A stretch of DNA of 64,000 nucleotides. Origin: Blasia pusilla. Lineage: Eukaryota. The DNA is taken from positions 5,394,001 through 5,458,000 of the forward strand of contig CM114271.1 of assembly GCA_050084515.1 (NCBI GenBank), in the 5' to 3' direction. Below the pieces are notes generated by a model. That model saw nothing but the letters and a program-made list of their open reading frames with translations, ran no database searches and was not told the origin of the DNA. Shown here one piece after another: positions 1-10,854 of this stretch; the first letter of the stretch is position 1; every line of letters begins with the position of its first letter. The position numbers were made by a program, and so were the translations under genes.

Positions 1-143
1 CCCTAAACTAGCCGTCGCGCCGGCGGCGGCGGTCGCCATCATAGTCACCATCAACGCTCAAGCGTCCGCCATCAACACTCCATCATCGCCGTCCGTCGTC
101 GGCGATTGCCGCCGCCTAGCGCCGCTCAGAGCCGTGTTCAGCC
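1..143 (+). mobile_element. Left part of an older, interrupted copy of the gypsy element's 5' leader
   Basis: 1-55 resembles 1208-1264 (CCTAAAC.AGCCG..CGCCGGCGGCGG..GTCGCCATCATAGTCACC). The same leader sequence resumes at 10381. Confidence 0.65.
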
Positions 144-664
144 TATCACGACTGTTAGGATAGATCGGTGGGATCTAGCAGAGCGTCTTCATAAGTAGTG
201 GAGGACAGGCCCAAGAGGTCGAGAATGATCTGTTGAGGCCCCGGGAAACCTGAGAGAGCAGGTTTCCCCTTTGTTTCGGCTCATTTAGAGCCATATAGAG
301 AAACTTGCTATTTCGCGTAAGTTTCCATGTTGGGGATAGTTGACTTTCTATTTTTGGTAAGTGGCCCTTGACCTCCTACATCAGGTCAAGAGCCAAGGAG
401 GTGACTTGGGAGCATAGGTTACTATGGAGAGAGCTTGGAAGAGGGGAGGGGTATACCTCAAGGAGAGAGAGCTTGAGAACTCATTCTCTCTTTGTTGAAC
501 CTCTTGGCATGAGGTGACAGAGTTATGGTCCCTTGCCTTGTGAGTGTAACCCAAGCCTCTCATTAGGAGAGTGGGTTTGGTTTGACATGAGAGAGAGAGA
601 GAGAGTGCACATCTTTGAGAGCTATGGTGTGAGATGGTGTAGAGAGAGATTGGATCTTACTTTA
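144..664 (+). repeat. Terminal direct repeat A1
   Basis: Aligns to 9749-10253 with roughly 20-25 substitutions by eye plus small indels. Identity ends after GGATCTTACTTTA. Confidence 0.95.
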
Positions 665-1242
665 CAAAGAGAGAATGAGAGAGTGAGAGAGCTTCATGGG
701 GGAGCTCGCTGGTCACTCGCTGTTTTTGCAGGTTGGGGACCGTATTCCTCGTTCAACGGCTCATGGGAGTGCTCACGGGAGCAAGGGCTGCTTCGATTGT
801 TCTTTGCATTTGCCGATTTTTTGTGTGGAAGAGTGGCGCACGGAAGCGCTGCCCAATTTTTGATAGGGATTGAGTATGGGGGCGGGTTGCCCCATGCCGG
901 TGCTCTCGGGAGCACCATGTAGCTTGCTGATTTATATTTTTATAGGTTTTACATTTTTGTTGGGAGAAATCAGCGTGGAAGCGCTGCCAAATTTTATGTA
1001 GGAGAAAGAGACATTGGGATTTACAACAATCCCTGTCAGTTTTTACTGAAATGTTTGATTATAAATATTTTTTGATGCTGTTGTAGATCGTGAAACTAGG
1101 CACGTTGTGCAACAAATAGTGCGCAATTTGGAGTTGCGAGAAAAAAGTTATGGTCAATCTTGCAAAATTGCTATTGCTAGGCGATTTTTAGGGTTAAATT
1201 GTTCAAATCCTAAACCAGCCGCTACGCCGGCGGCGGCCGTCG

Positions 1243-1339
1243 CCATCATAGTCACCGTCAACGATCCATTTTCAACGGTCAACCGTCACCATCATAGTCA
1301 CCGTCAACGATCCATTTTCAACGGTCAACCGTCACCATC
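1243..1339 (+). repeat. 46-bp tandem duplication in the element leader
   Basis: CCATCATAGTCACCGTCAACGATCCATTTTCAACGGTCAACCGTCA occurs at 1243 and 1289. Confidence 0.9.
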
Positions 1340-2208
1340 AATGGTCAACCTTCAGTTGTCCACCGTTTGGTTGCCATTGCCGCCATTACGGAGTGGAGGG
1401 TCTTCCATGACGTTCGTTGATTCTCTAACTTGCGTCGCCAGTACGTACTTTGTTTTGGCCGCCACCGTCATCGCAGTTTCATCATCAACCAGTGATGGCA
1501 GATGACCTTTGGTTATGGTGTTTGAGTTTTGATTTCATGCTGCTATGTTGTGATTGGTAGCCGCTCGACGACGATTGAGTATCGTGCCGTGACGCTCGTA
1601 GCCGCAACGCACCGCCGATTGCCGCGCCGTGCCGCTTGTGGCCGCACCGCACCTTCTCGATCGCAGAGCCGCACCGTCATTGTGGAGCAGAGTGTGGGTT
1701 TATTGTTGATTGAGAAGGGTATGCCGCCGAGTGCCGCATCCCACCATCGAGGGTCGTGCCGTTTGTAGCCGTTCCGTGCTGCCTACAACGCCGCACCGTT
1801 CCGCTGGGACCGCTCTGTCTATCGAGGAGTTTTGAGCAGCGTCACTACGGGAGGAGTATGACTTTCTGATTGGAGGAGTTGTCTCCACGACCGAGTTGGG
1901 GTCGAGATTTGCAATTGCTGAGGAGCGACATCGACATGTGTTCAGGTTACCCATTATGGTCCTTTACCTTGCACGTGTGAGGGAATCTGGGATTTGGGTA
2001 GTTTATTTGGGGATATTGGGTGTGTAGATGCTGAGAGCATCATTTATGTATGTGGTTTAGGGGACATAGACCTGTGTGGGATGTCTGGAATTGAGGGTAG
2101 GTTGTCGATGAGATGATAGCCTGGTCAATTTGCCGCACCACCCCGCGTATTGCCGCACGTTACACGTCTCGGGGAGGGAGAGTGTAGATCGAGTGCCGTA
2201 TGTTTGGG

Positions 2209-3720
2209 ATGAGTGATTGAGGGATTACTCATGAGGTTCAAAGTGATCAGGTGAGAGGGGCACGAGGGTCATCACAGAGTCCGTTCAGGACTTTGAGAGG
2301 CGAGGTGGTGAACCCAAGAGTAGCTCTAGAGGTTTTACGCGGAGTGGTGCGAGGTTCCGAGGGTCTCCACGTGAGGGACCATCTCGAACTCCTTCTGTGT
2401 CATCGTCAGATGAGGGGGAGGGTGTAGAGGAGTTTGTGAGCACATCGCCATACATTGTGAGTGGTCCTACTAGTTGGGCGTAGGAGATGGACGACCGGGG
2501 TAGAGTACCGCGTAGGTTTTCAGATGCAGTAGGCACGATTGAGTTGCACGATTTCATAGTAGAGTTTAGGAGTTGGTGCGACTCCCAGTGGGCCAGGAAC
2601 TCTAGAGAGTTGAACCCGTTTACAACATGGAATGGTATATTCCAGCATTTAGACGGGGCGCCCATTGACGATTACCATGAGTTCTCCCAGAGATATGCAC
2701 GTGAGATCGAGGCGTGGAGGCTCTACTATGACCTACATTATGTGTCATGGACGGAACCGTTCCCAGTTGAGGAGGAGGAGTTAGGAGAGGCTACTTCCTC
2801 TTCCACTAGTGACATTTTAGGAGGGGTCACTTGCACGGGAGCAATTGTACCGTCTAGTCGAGTTCATCCCAGGTTCAACCCTGTGGTTGAGTTCTTTGCT
2901 GAGTTGAGGGCGAGCTACCAGGGGATACGGACGGAGAAGTTGCGGAGCATCCACGACTTCCAGAGGCGCCCGGGTGAGAGTTTGCGTGAGGCTTACAATC
3001 GCTTGCGCCGGTTGATCAACATCACTCAGGGGTGACAGAGGCTCAGGCTATCCAATCATGGTACGCGATGCTGGACCGGACTCTGCGAGACACGGGTGCG
3101 GGAGGGGGTGCTTCTTATGAACACCTCCCCTACGTTGAGAGATGTTTTTAGGACCGCCAAGAACATTGAACCCAACTTGGCGGAGGAGAGCGTAGCCACC
3201 ATGGGTTCTGGGCGAGAGCAGTCACAATTATTTGCACCACCTGTGCAGCAACGTGGACTCCGAGATAGATCGATTGTGGCACCACGAGCTCAGGGAGGAT
3301 ACCAGGAGGCCGTGCCACAGAGACCTGCGCCTTCATGTGTGGCTCAACTGCAGCCGTCTAGTATTACTTGTTGGTCATGTGGTGGAGCCCATCATCAGCG
3401 TGATTGCCCTCGTCAGGGTCATGGACGTGTGCCTTAGCATGGAGGAGGAGATGGTGCTGCACCAGGAGGTTATCAGTGTGACTATTGTGAAAGGTTATGG
3501 TCATACACGCGCTAGGTGTTTCGGTTTACATCCTGAGTTACGTCCGGACCGAGGGCCAGAGAGGGCACCAGAGCGATTAGCCGGTCCGGGTGGGCTAGAG
3601 ATCGTGCACCATGTGGTCCCATTGGGGGACGAGGAGCTGGAGTTGCCCGACAGGGCGGTGGAGCTGCCAGTGGAGGAGGTAGAGTACCACAACCTAGACG
3701 CGGCAGAGACGCGGACGTAA
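2209..3720 (+). pseudogene. gag, frameshifted, with two CCHC-type zinc knuckles
   Basis: Gag-like FQRRPGESLREAYNRLRRLI. Knuckle CWSCGGAHHQRDC at 3369-3407 and frameshifted CDYC..GYGHTRARCFGLHPE at about 3477-3535. The start is approximate. Confidence 0.8.
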
Positions 3721-4419
3721 AGGCCGGGATGGTCGCCGATCTGGCAGCAGCTACAGGAGCAGATTGCCGCTATGGCATTGAGGTTACCCGATGCCGGATC
3801 CGTGGCATCGACATCATATGGAGCAGCCAGAGATCTGGAGGATCCTGGTTGGATGTGCGGGGTTGCCCAAATGGAGGCCGCCGCAGTTGTGACACGTGGA
3901 GCAGCCGCAGAGTTGGATCCACAGCGAGGGGAAGCCAGAAAACAGACTAGGCTTCCTCAGTCTTTCACGTTGTCCGAAGCAATGAGGACCCCATCGATGG
4001 GTCCTCATCAAAGTTCCTGGAGAGTTGGTGATGTTGTTGGTGTGCAGGCACGTAGGGCGTTGGGAGGAGCGAGTGCGACGACTCCTATTGTTGATGCTCA
4101 GGAGGGGCATGTGTCGAGCACGTTGTTGGGGGCGGCCACCGTTGTGTACCACACTCCTTTATTTTCTGCTTCCGATGTTATAAGGTTGGGGGTAGGCTCG
4201 CCGAGCCTTTTCGGCTAGCCGCTTCGCTATGTGAGCGCAGAGTTGGAGTTCCTGCATCACGTTCAGAGGTGATTGCAGAGGAGGTGATGGACGTGCCCTT
4301 GGAGCGGATGCTCGGACCGTCCACGTCAGATTCATGGCAGGCTGCGGCTGCTAGGATGGCAAAGATGTCCGCTAGACCCGCGATAGACCATGCCATGGCT
4401 TCTCCTGGTGTTGTGTTGC

Positions 4420-4800
4420 TGGATAACCGAAGAGAGGTCTTCCAGTTGGTGAGTCTTGGAGGTAGAGCTTTTAGTCCGCAGTGCGTCTTGTTGGATTCGA
4501 GAGCGCAACCCCTGATGTTGGGGAAAGCGTCATTCAGAGGATTGGGCTTGACGAGAGCCGATGTGGAGCCTTGTCCATTCCGGATACATACATCCTTGGG
4601 TGGAGCGAGTACCACATAGTATATCACCCGACAGGAGGTCGTGGTGAGGATTCGCCTTGGACATCCTACAGATGAGTCCGTGGTGCGCGCCAAGGCGATA
4701 GTGATTGATGTAGAGTCCTACGACGTCTTGGTTGGTGGAGCTGTGTTATACCCGATGGGTTTTTCCCTGGATTATTGGGAGGAGTCAGCATCCTACAGAC
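4420..4800 (+). pseudogene. Retroviral-type aspartic protease
   Basis: VLLDSRAQ, a D-S-G motif with G>R (D at 4494), and the downstream YDVLVGG motif. One in-frame TAG at 4617. Confidence 0.8.
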
Positions 4801-5207
4801 CAAGATGGCAGTCAGGTGATGGGCGCCTTAGCTCATTACCCGTTCGATTCACAGGTGCAGTGATCGAGCAACGGCCAGGAAAGATGGCGACCTTAGCAGC
4901 ATTTAGCAGTGCCATCACTTGGCCTAGTGATTTGATTGAGGGACATGTGCATGCAAAGGATACTCCCGTTCCTGACATTTCTATAGAGAGGAGTGTTATG
5001 GTAGCTGCATCATTCCGTGGAGGAGAGGTGCCATTGTGGGGCTCGACTGAGGAGCTTCGACAATTGGCAGATGAGCACGTGCAGACCGCGTGGAGCGAGG
5101 CGTTTGCACCGCAGCGTGACGGGTCTGAGGAACCCAAGGTAGCAAGGAGTGCTACGATGACACCCTTGGATACCACACCCATTATGTGGTGTACCCCGGA
5201 GGAGGAT

Positions 5208-6135
5208 ATTCGAGTGTTAGATCTCTTTGGAGGGATTAGCACCGAGTTAGTTGTTGTTTTGCAGGCATGAGTGCGAGTACAGCAATACCTGTATGTGGAG
5301 AGTGATGATGTTGTGAGGCGCATCTCACTACGATATGTGGTGCAGTTACGCCTACGTTTTCCCGACTTATTGTCTACGTCCGCAGTACAGGGGTACCAGA
5401 ATACCCTACCGAGGGATATTTCGTTGTTGGGGGCGCAGGACTTAGAGCGGGTAGGGACCATTGATTTGGTCATTGCCGGTTGGCCATGTCAGGGCCAATT
5501 GAGTGCTGGACGAGGCAGCGGGTTGGCTGACACTCGGTCCAGGTTATTTTGGGAGATGTTGAGGGTCTTACGGTAGTTACAGGAGCACCAGTCTCGTTCT
5601 CCAGCCTATATTCTGGAGAATGTGCCGATCTTAGGAGACTCCAGGTCACGGGTGGTGACGAGTGCTCATCAGGTGCGTTCTTGGATCAGCCCAGCAGTGT
5701 TCTTGGATGCAGCGAGTATAGGTTCTAGAGCCCATCGCCCGCGTCTATGGTGGACCAACTTGGTGCCCCATGCGGTGTTATGGAGGGTGTATGCGAGAGT
5801 GGAGCGCCCCTCCCATTTTTATTGGATTTCATTCTGGATCCAGGTCGTCGATCACAGGCAGTGAGGCACGATGATCGACCACCGTTGACTGTGGTCAACA
5901 GGGTAGGCAGGCCGCGGGCAGCCTTGCCCACGTTTGTTAGTTTTCCCGCTTCCTATGCATACAAGAAGGCTGGTTTTGGCTTGGTTTGGGATGACCAGGT
6001 TCAGCGGTTGGTGGAGCCCAACGCCGACGAGAGAGAGCGAGCGATGGGATTTACCATAAGAGTGACGGCAATACCATCAATGTCAGAGGCATCACGACGC
6101 CATGTCTTGGGTCAGGGGATGGACATGAACTGCAG
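5208..6135 (+). pseudogene. C5 cytosine DNA methyltransferase domain (DNMT3-like, non-permuted) inside pol
   Basis: Motif I RVLDLFGGI, II YLYVE, III DI, IV IDLVIAGWPCQG (PC at 5484-5489), V SRLFWEMLRVL, VI YILENV (5616-5624), VIII AHRPRLWWTNL, IX ERERAMGF, X RRHVLGQGMD. Stops at 5268 and 5574, frameshift near 5820. Confidence 0.93.
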
Positions 6136-6462
6136 CGTCGTATGAGATCGGGACAGATCACAGTGGTTGTGTTGGTGAGCCCCATGCCAACTGAGACGGT
6201 GGAGGCACTGGCTGGGGGCGAGACCCGAGGAGATCTACGCACCGGGGGAGATCAGGAGAGACACCCTTGGACTTCTTGGGATGTTTTGTAGGTACGCAAG
6301 GAGATGATTGCCACAACATTGAGCGTGGTTTCGGGCACTGCACGTGGAGGAGATCAGAGTTTGCAGTTGGCTGCAGGAGAGCGGCCGAGTGTTTTTGTCC
6401 GAGACAGGGTTGCACCATAGCAACCACCGATACCCGCACCGGAGAGTCCGACCGTAGTCACG

Positions 6463-7880
6463 ATGGAGACTTGGGAGCCAGATATGGGCCCTAAGTTGAC
6501 AGGAGGAGAGCGGCGCCGAATACATCAGTTCCTCAAGAGTTATAGGAGCTGCTTTGCATTTAGCATGGAGGATTTGGGTACGCTGAAGGGATCGGGGATC
6601 CGCATTGAGTTGTCGAGTGATACGCCGATCTTCCAACAACCCTACAAGTATAGTGATATGGAGAGGGCTCTGATTCAGAGTAGGAGCCAGGACTTGGTAG
6701 GAGCTCGACTACTGGAGATGTCGCATGGGGAGTATGCATCTGCCATTGTCATGCTCGCCAAGAAGGATGTGCATGGCAACTGGACGGATAGGCGGATGTG
6801 TGGGGATTACCGACCTATCAATCGGCAGACAAAGTCCGATAGGTATGCCATGCCCACCCCTGAGGAGATATTTGATGCGATTGGTCACGCAAAGATCTTC
6901 AGTTCATTGGATTTGGGAGCCGGATACCATCAGCTGCCTATCAGATTGGAGGACAGGCAAAAGACGGCATTTTGGGGCATCGATCCTCACGGGAAGGATT
7001 GTTTGTACCAGTGGCGGTTCGTACCATTTGGGTTAAAGAACGCCCCAGTTGAGTTTCAGATGGTCATGGATAGGATCTTGGCTGGTCTGGATTTTTCTAG
7101 GTGTTATATTGATGACATTGTAGTCTTTAGCGCCACGGTTGAGGAGCATGAGCGACATCTAGAGGAGGTGTTTCAACGATTGCAATTACATGGGCTGAAG
7201 CTACATCCAAGCAAGTGCAAGTTCTTCTACGACCAGATTGAGTATTTGGATCATACGATATACCCAGGGGGCCTTGGTGTTCAGGAGACGAAGGTAGAGG
7301 CTATCCCACGCATTCCACGCCCTACAGATGTGAGCCGTGTTCGCGCATTCATGGGATTGGAGAACTTGTATCGGCGATACGTCAAGGGATTGAGTTCGAT
7401 TGCAAAGCCTCTGACCTTGCTGACCAAGGTGGATCACGAGTGACACTGGGGGGATGAGCAGGAGCGAGAATTTCAGTTGCTCAAGGACAGGTTGACGTCC
7501 GTGCCCATCTTGAGGAGACCGATCAAGGGGCATCCTTTCCAGATGCACACAGATTGGAGCACGTTGGGGCTTGGAGCGGTGCTCACCCAACATGATGATG
7601 AGGGTAGAGAGTTCATGGTGGCTTACGCTAGCCGCTCGAACAACACTCTAGAGGCAAAGTACATCTCATATGAGGGTGAAGTGCATTTCAGGTGTTACTT
7701 ATTCGGCAACCCTTTTACCATCATCACTGATCATCAACCAATGAAGTGGTTGATGGAGTCCGACAAGCTTACAAGAAAGCTTGCGAGATGGGCTCTGTTG
7801 TTGCAGGAGTATGATTTTCAGGTGGTACATAGACTGGGGACGCTCAACCAGGATGAGATGGGTTGGTCGTAACCCATGCC
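6463..7880 (+). pseudogene. Reverse transcriptase and RNase H
   Basis: RMCGDYRPIN, LDLGAGYHQL, PFGLKNAP, YIDD (7105-7116). RNase H motifs HTDWS, GAVLTQ, VAYASR and TDH. In-frame TGA at 7441. Confidence 0.97.
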
Positions 7881-8229
7881 CAGTCCGAGATGCGATTGGA
7901 GCTCGATGGCATGGAGAGAGTGATGAGGAGTCGGTGCCAGGATGGCATCGCCACCCATTTAGGCATGTTGGCTATGGAGAGCCAGAGTGTGGAGACCGAT
8001 GGCGCAGGTTAGTGAGAGTCCTGGATCTCGAGGCCGGTGAGGACACAACAAGTGGCCGAGATATTCATGATGATGGAGTAGTCTTGGAGTACCTTTTTTG
8101 GGCGTTCCAGCACCTTGTGGATGCTAGAGAGCGGGATCGGATCCTCAAAGGGACAAACGGTTCCGTTGGGAGGGGACACATGTTTTGAGGGTTTGGGAGG
8201 ATGGCATAGTACACGTGAGCGGCATCCTT

Positions 8230-9330
8230 CGAGAGAGCACAGTAGTCATGGAGTTGGGTCACTTTGGGGTGAAGCGGACGATGTGCCTTGCTCAAGATTC
8301 AGATTGGTGGCAAGGTTTGCAGATTGACGTTCAACAGTTTGTTTCCAGGTGCATGGTGTGTGATCGGGTCCGAGCATCATTCAATGCTCCGACTCCACAG
8401 TTGCATCCATTACCGCTCATGGGCTTAGGGTATAGATGGAGTTTGGATTTTGCAGGACCTTTGCCTTTGACGGAGCATCACAGTCGTTATGTGTTGGTGA
8501 TGATCGAGCACTTCTCGAAGTGGATCGAGTTGGTTGCATTGCCTGACAAAGTGAGTGAGGGAGTAGCTTATGCCTTCCTTGACAAAGTGCTGAGTCATAT
8601 GGCGCATTGGCTGAGATGTTGACAGACCAAGGTACCGAGTTTTGTGGTGAGTTCCAAGCCTTGTGTGATTAGGCGCTGATCGACCACCGCACGACTTCGC
8701 GAGATCATCCCGAGGCGGATGGATTAGCGGATAGAGTTGTGCAGACAATGAAGAGGGATTTATGCAAGTATAGCTTGCAGAGAGGTCACCTAGGAGATTG
8801 GGACCTCCAGTTGCCATGGTTGGCGATGGGATACAGATTCAAAAGGCATGCATCCTTAGCGTCTTTTTCACCGTACTTGCTACTTTATGGCCGAGAGCCA
8901 GATTTACCTACGGCCATTCATCGAGATGCTGGTGAGGTGCTGGACCTTGATGACCCAGATAGATGCGAGCATGTTCTCAGAGGGCTGAGTTGTTTCGGAG
9001 AGTGATGCCCATGGCGTTCGAGAACTTGGCGATTGCGCAACATCGAGATACGTTGAGGAATGCGACTATTCGGGATGGTGGTTATCGACCAACTATCTGG
9101 AGGTTTCATCAAGGAGATTATGTCTACTTGCAGCAAACGGCACCAACGACGTTGGATGTAACTGCATGGCGCACTATCCTGAGAGTGCGTGACGTTTTGC
9201 CATCCGGTGTTCTCTTGCTGGAGGGACGCGATGGTATGGTATGGAAGGACCATGTGCGTAATTATGCGCCATATCACCTTCCTAACATTGATGGTACAGT
9301 AGATTCAAGCTTAGCAGTAGTTCCTACGGC
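8230..9330 (+). pseudogene. DDE integrase
   Basis: GHFG...CMVC zinc motif, WSLDFAGPLP, TDQGTEF (frameshifted), HPEADGLADR (third catalytic E appears as D), FSPYLLLYGREP. Confidence 0.93.
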
Positions 9331-9334
9331 CACG

Positions 9335-9439
9335 ATGCTAGTCTGTGATGGATGTTCGAGAGGTTGGCATATGGCATGTTTGACGCCACCTCTCACTAGG
9401 GTTCTTCGGGGACGATGGATGTGTCCCAGATGTACATAG
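9335..9439 (+). pseudogene. PHD finger at the integrase C-terminus (first CxxC missing)
   Basis: MLVCDGCSRGWHMACLTPPLTRVLRGRWMCPRC matches the C-terminal two-thirds of the C4HC3 PHD consensus. Confidence 0.85.
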
Positions 9440-9609
9440 AGGAGATACTAGGTAGGTTTTTCCAAATTTTTCTGTGACATGGATGATAGGAAGAAAACTA
9501 ACGATGGGGCCACATGAACACCCGACCTTTATGCTCTTTCCTAGAGATGTATGTTGTGGTAGGTAGTTATAGATGGCTATCTGGAGTTAAAGGGACCTAA
9601 CCACCAGCT

Positions 9610-9619
9610 AGGGGGGCGA
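9610..9619 (+). other. Polypurine tract (PPT)
   Basis: AGGGGGGCGA immediately before repeat B1. The same motif occurs at 46330. Confidence 0.7.
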
Positions 9620-9746
9620 TTAGAGATATTTTGATACTTCTCGCCTCTGTGTATGGATGCCATGAGTTAGCATGGGATCGTGTGTGTTTGTGTGTGTGTT
9701 CGATAACAACGATGTATATTTTGTAGCGATGTGTATGCGCATGATA
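9620..9746 (+). repeat. Direct repeat B1 (127 bp)
   Basis: Near-identical to 10254-10380 and ends GCGCATGATA. Confidence 0.95.
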
Positions 9747-9748
9747 AC

Positions 9749-10380
9749 TATCACAACTGTTAGGATAGATCGGTGGGATCTAGCAGAGCGTCTTCATAAG
9801 TAGTGGAGGACAGGCCCAAGAGGTCGAGAATGACTTGTTGAGGCCGTGGGAAACCTGAGAGAGCAAGTATCCCCTTCGTTTCGGCTCATTTGGAGCCATA
9901 TAGAGAAACTTACTATTTCACGTAAGTTTCCATGTTAGGGATAGTTGACTTTTTATTTTTGGTAAGTGGCCCTTGACCTCCTACATCAGGTCAAGAGCCA
10001 AGGAGGTGACTTGGGAGCATAGGTTACTATGGAGAGAGCTTGGAAGAGGGGAGGGGTATACCTCAAAGAGAGAGAGCTTGAGAACTCATTCTCTCTTTGT
10101 TGAACCTCTTGGCATGAGGCGACGAAATTATGGTCCCTTGCCTTGTGAGTGTAACCCAAGCCTCTCATTAGGAGAGTGGGTTTGGTTTGATATGAGAGAG
10201 AGAGTGCACACCTTTGAGAGCTATGATGTAGAGAGAGATTGGATCTTACTTTATTAGAGATATTTTGGTACTTCTCGCCTCTGTGTATGGATGCCATGAG
10301 TTAGCTTGGGATCGTGTGTGTTTGTGTGTGTGTTCGATGACAGCGATGTATATTGTGTAGCGATGTGTATGCGCATGACA
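9749..10380 (+). repeat. A2 (9749-10253) plus B2 (10254-10380), the right end of the element
   Basis: A2 matches 144-664 and B2 matches 9620-9746. Ends GCGCATGACA. Confidence 0.95.
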
Positions 10381-10825
10381 AGCTGTTGTTTGCCGTTGGT
10401 TGTCATTGCCGCCATTACGGAGTGGATGGTCTTCTATGACGACCGTTGATTCTCTAACTTGAGCCGCCATCATGTAATTTTTTTTGGTCGCCGCCGTCAT
10501 CGAAGTTTTGTCATCAACTAGTGATAGCACGTGACCTCGGGTTGATGGTGTTTGAGTTTTCATTTCATTCTACTATGTTGTGATTGGTAGCCGCTCGACA
10601 ATGATTGTGTAGCGTGCCGTGATGCTTGTAGCCACAACGTGCCGCCGATTGCCGCATCATGCCGCTTATGGCCGCACCACACCATCTCGATCGCGGAACC
10701 ACTCCTTCACTAAGGTGTAGAGCATGTGTATTGCTGATTGATGAGGAGGGTATGCCGCGGAGTGCCGCATCCCATTATCAAGTGTCGTGCGGTTTTGTAG
10801 CCGTTCCATGCCGCTAGTGCCACAC
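10381..10825 (+). mobile_element. Right part of the interrupted older leader copy of the same gypsy family
   Basis: Colinear, diverged match to about 1355-1795 (GCCGCCATTACGGAGTGGA...GTTGTGATTGGTAGCCGCTCGAC...GTGCCGCATCCCA). Confidence 0.85.
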
Positions 10826-10854
10826 ATCATGCATATATAATGACTACCCTTCAA

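Larger units (their letters stand above)
144..10380 (+). mobile_element. Degenerate Ty3/gypsy-type retrotransposon: gag-PR-DNMT-RT-RH-IN-PHD, with split direct repeats
   Basis: Domain order PR-RT-RH-IN is gypsy-type. Termini are TATCAC (144) and CATGACA (10380), an imperfect TGTCA/TGACA inverted repeat. Flanks are AGCC (140-143) and AGCT (10381-10384). There are many in-frame stops and frameshifts. Confidence 0.93.

Noticed and set aside
5208-6135. Host DRM/DNMT3 gene
   Set aside because: Intronless, in frame with the retroviral protease, inside the element termini, with no UBA/PWWP domains and no DRM permutation.
144-10380. DIRS/Ngaro tyrosine-recombinase element, suggested by the split repeats
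   Set aside because: No recognisable tyrosine recombinase. A zinc-binding plus DDE integrase, an aspartic protease, a PPT and a probable TSD are present.
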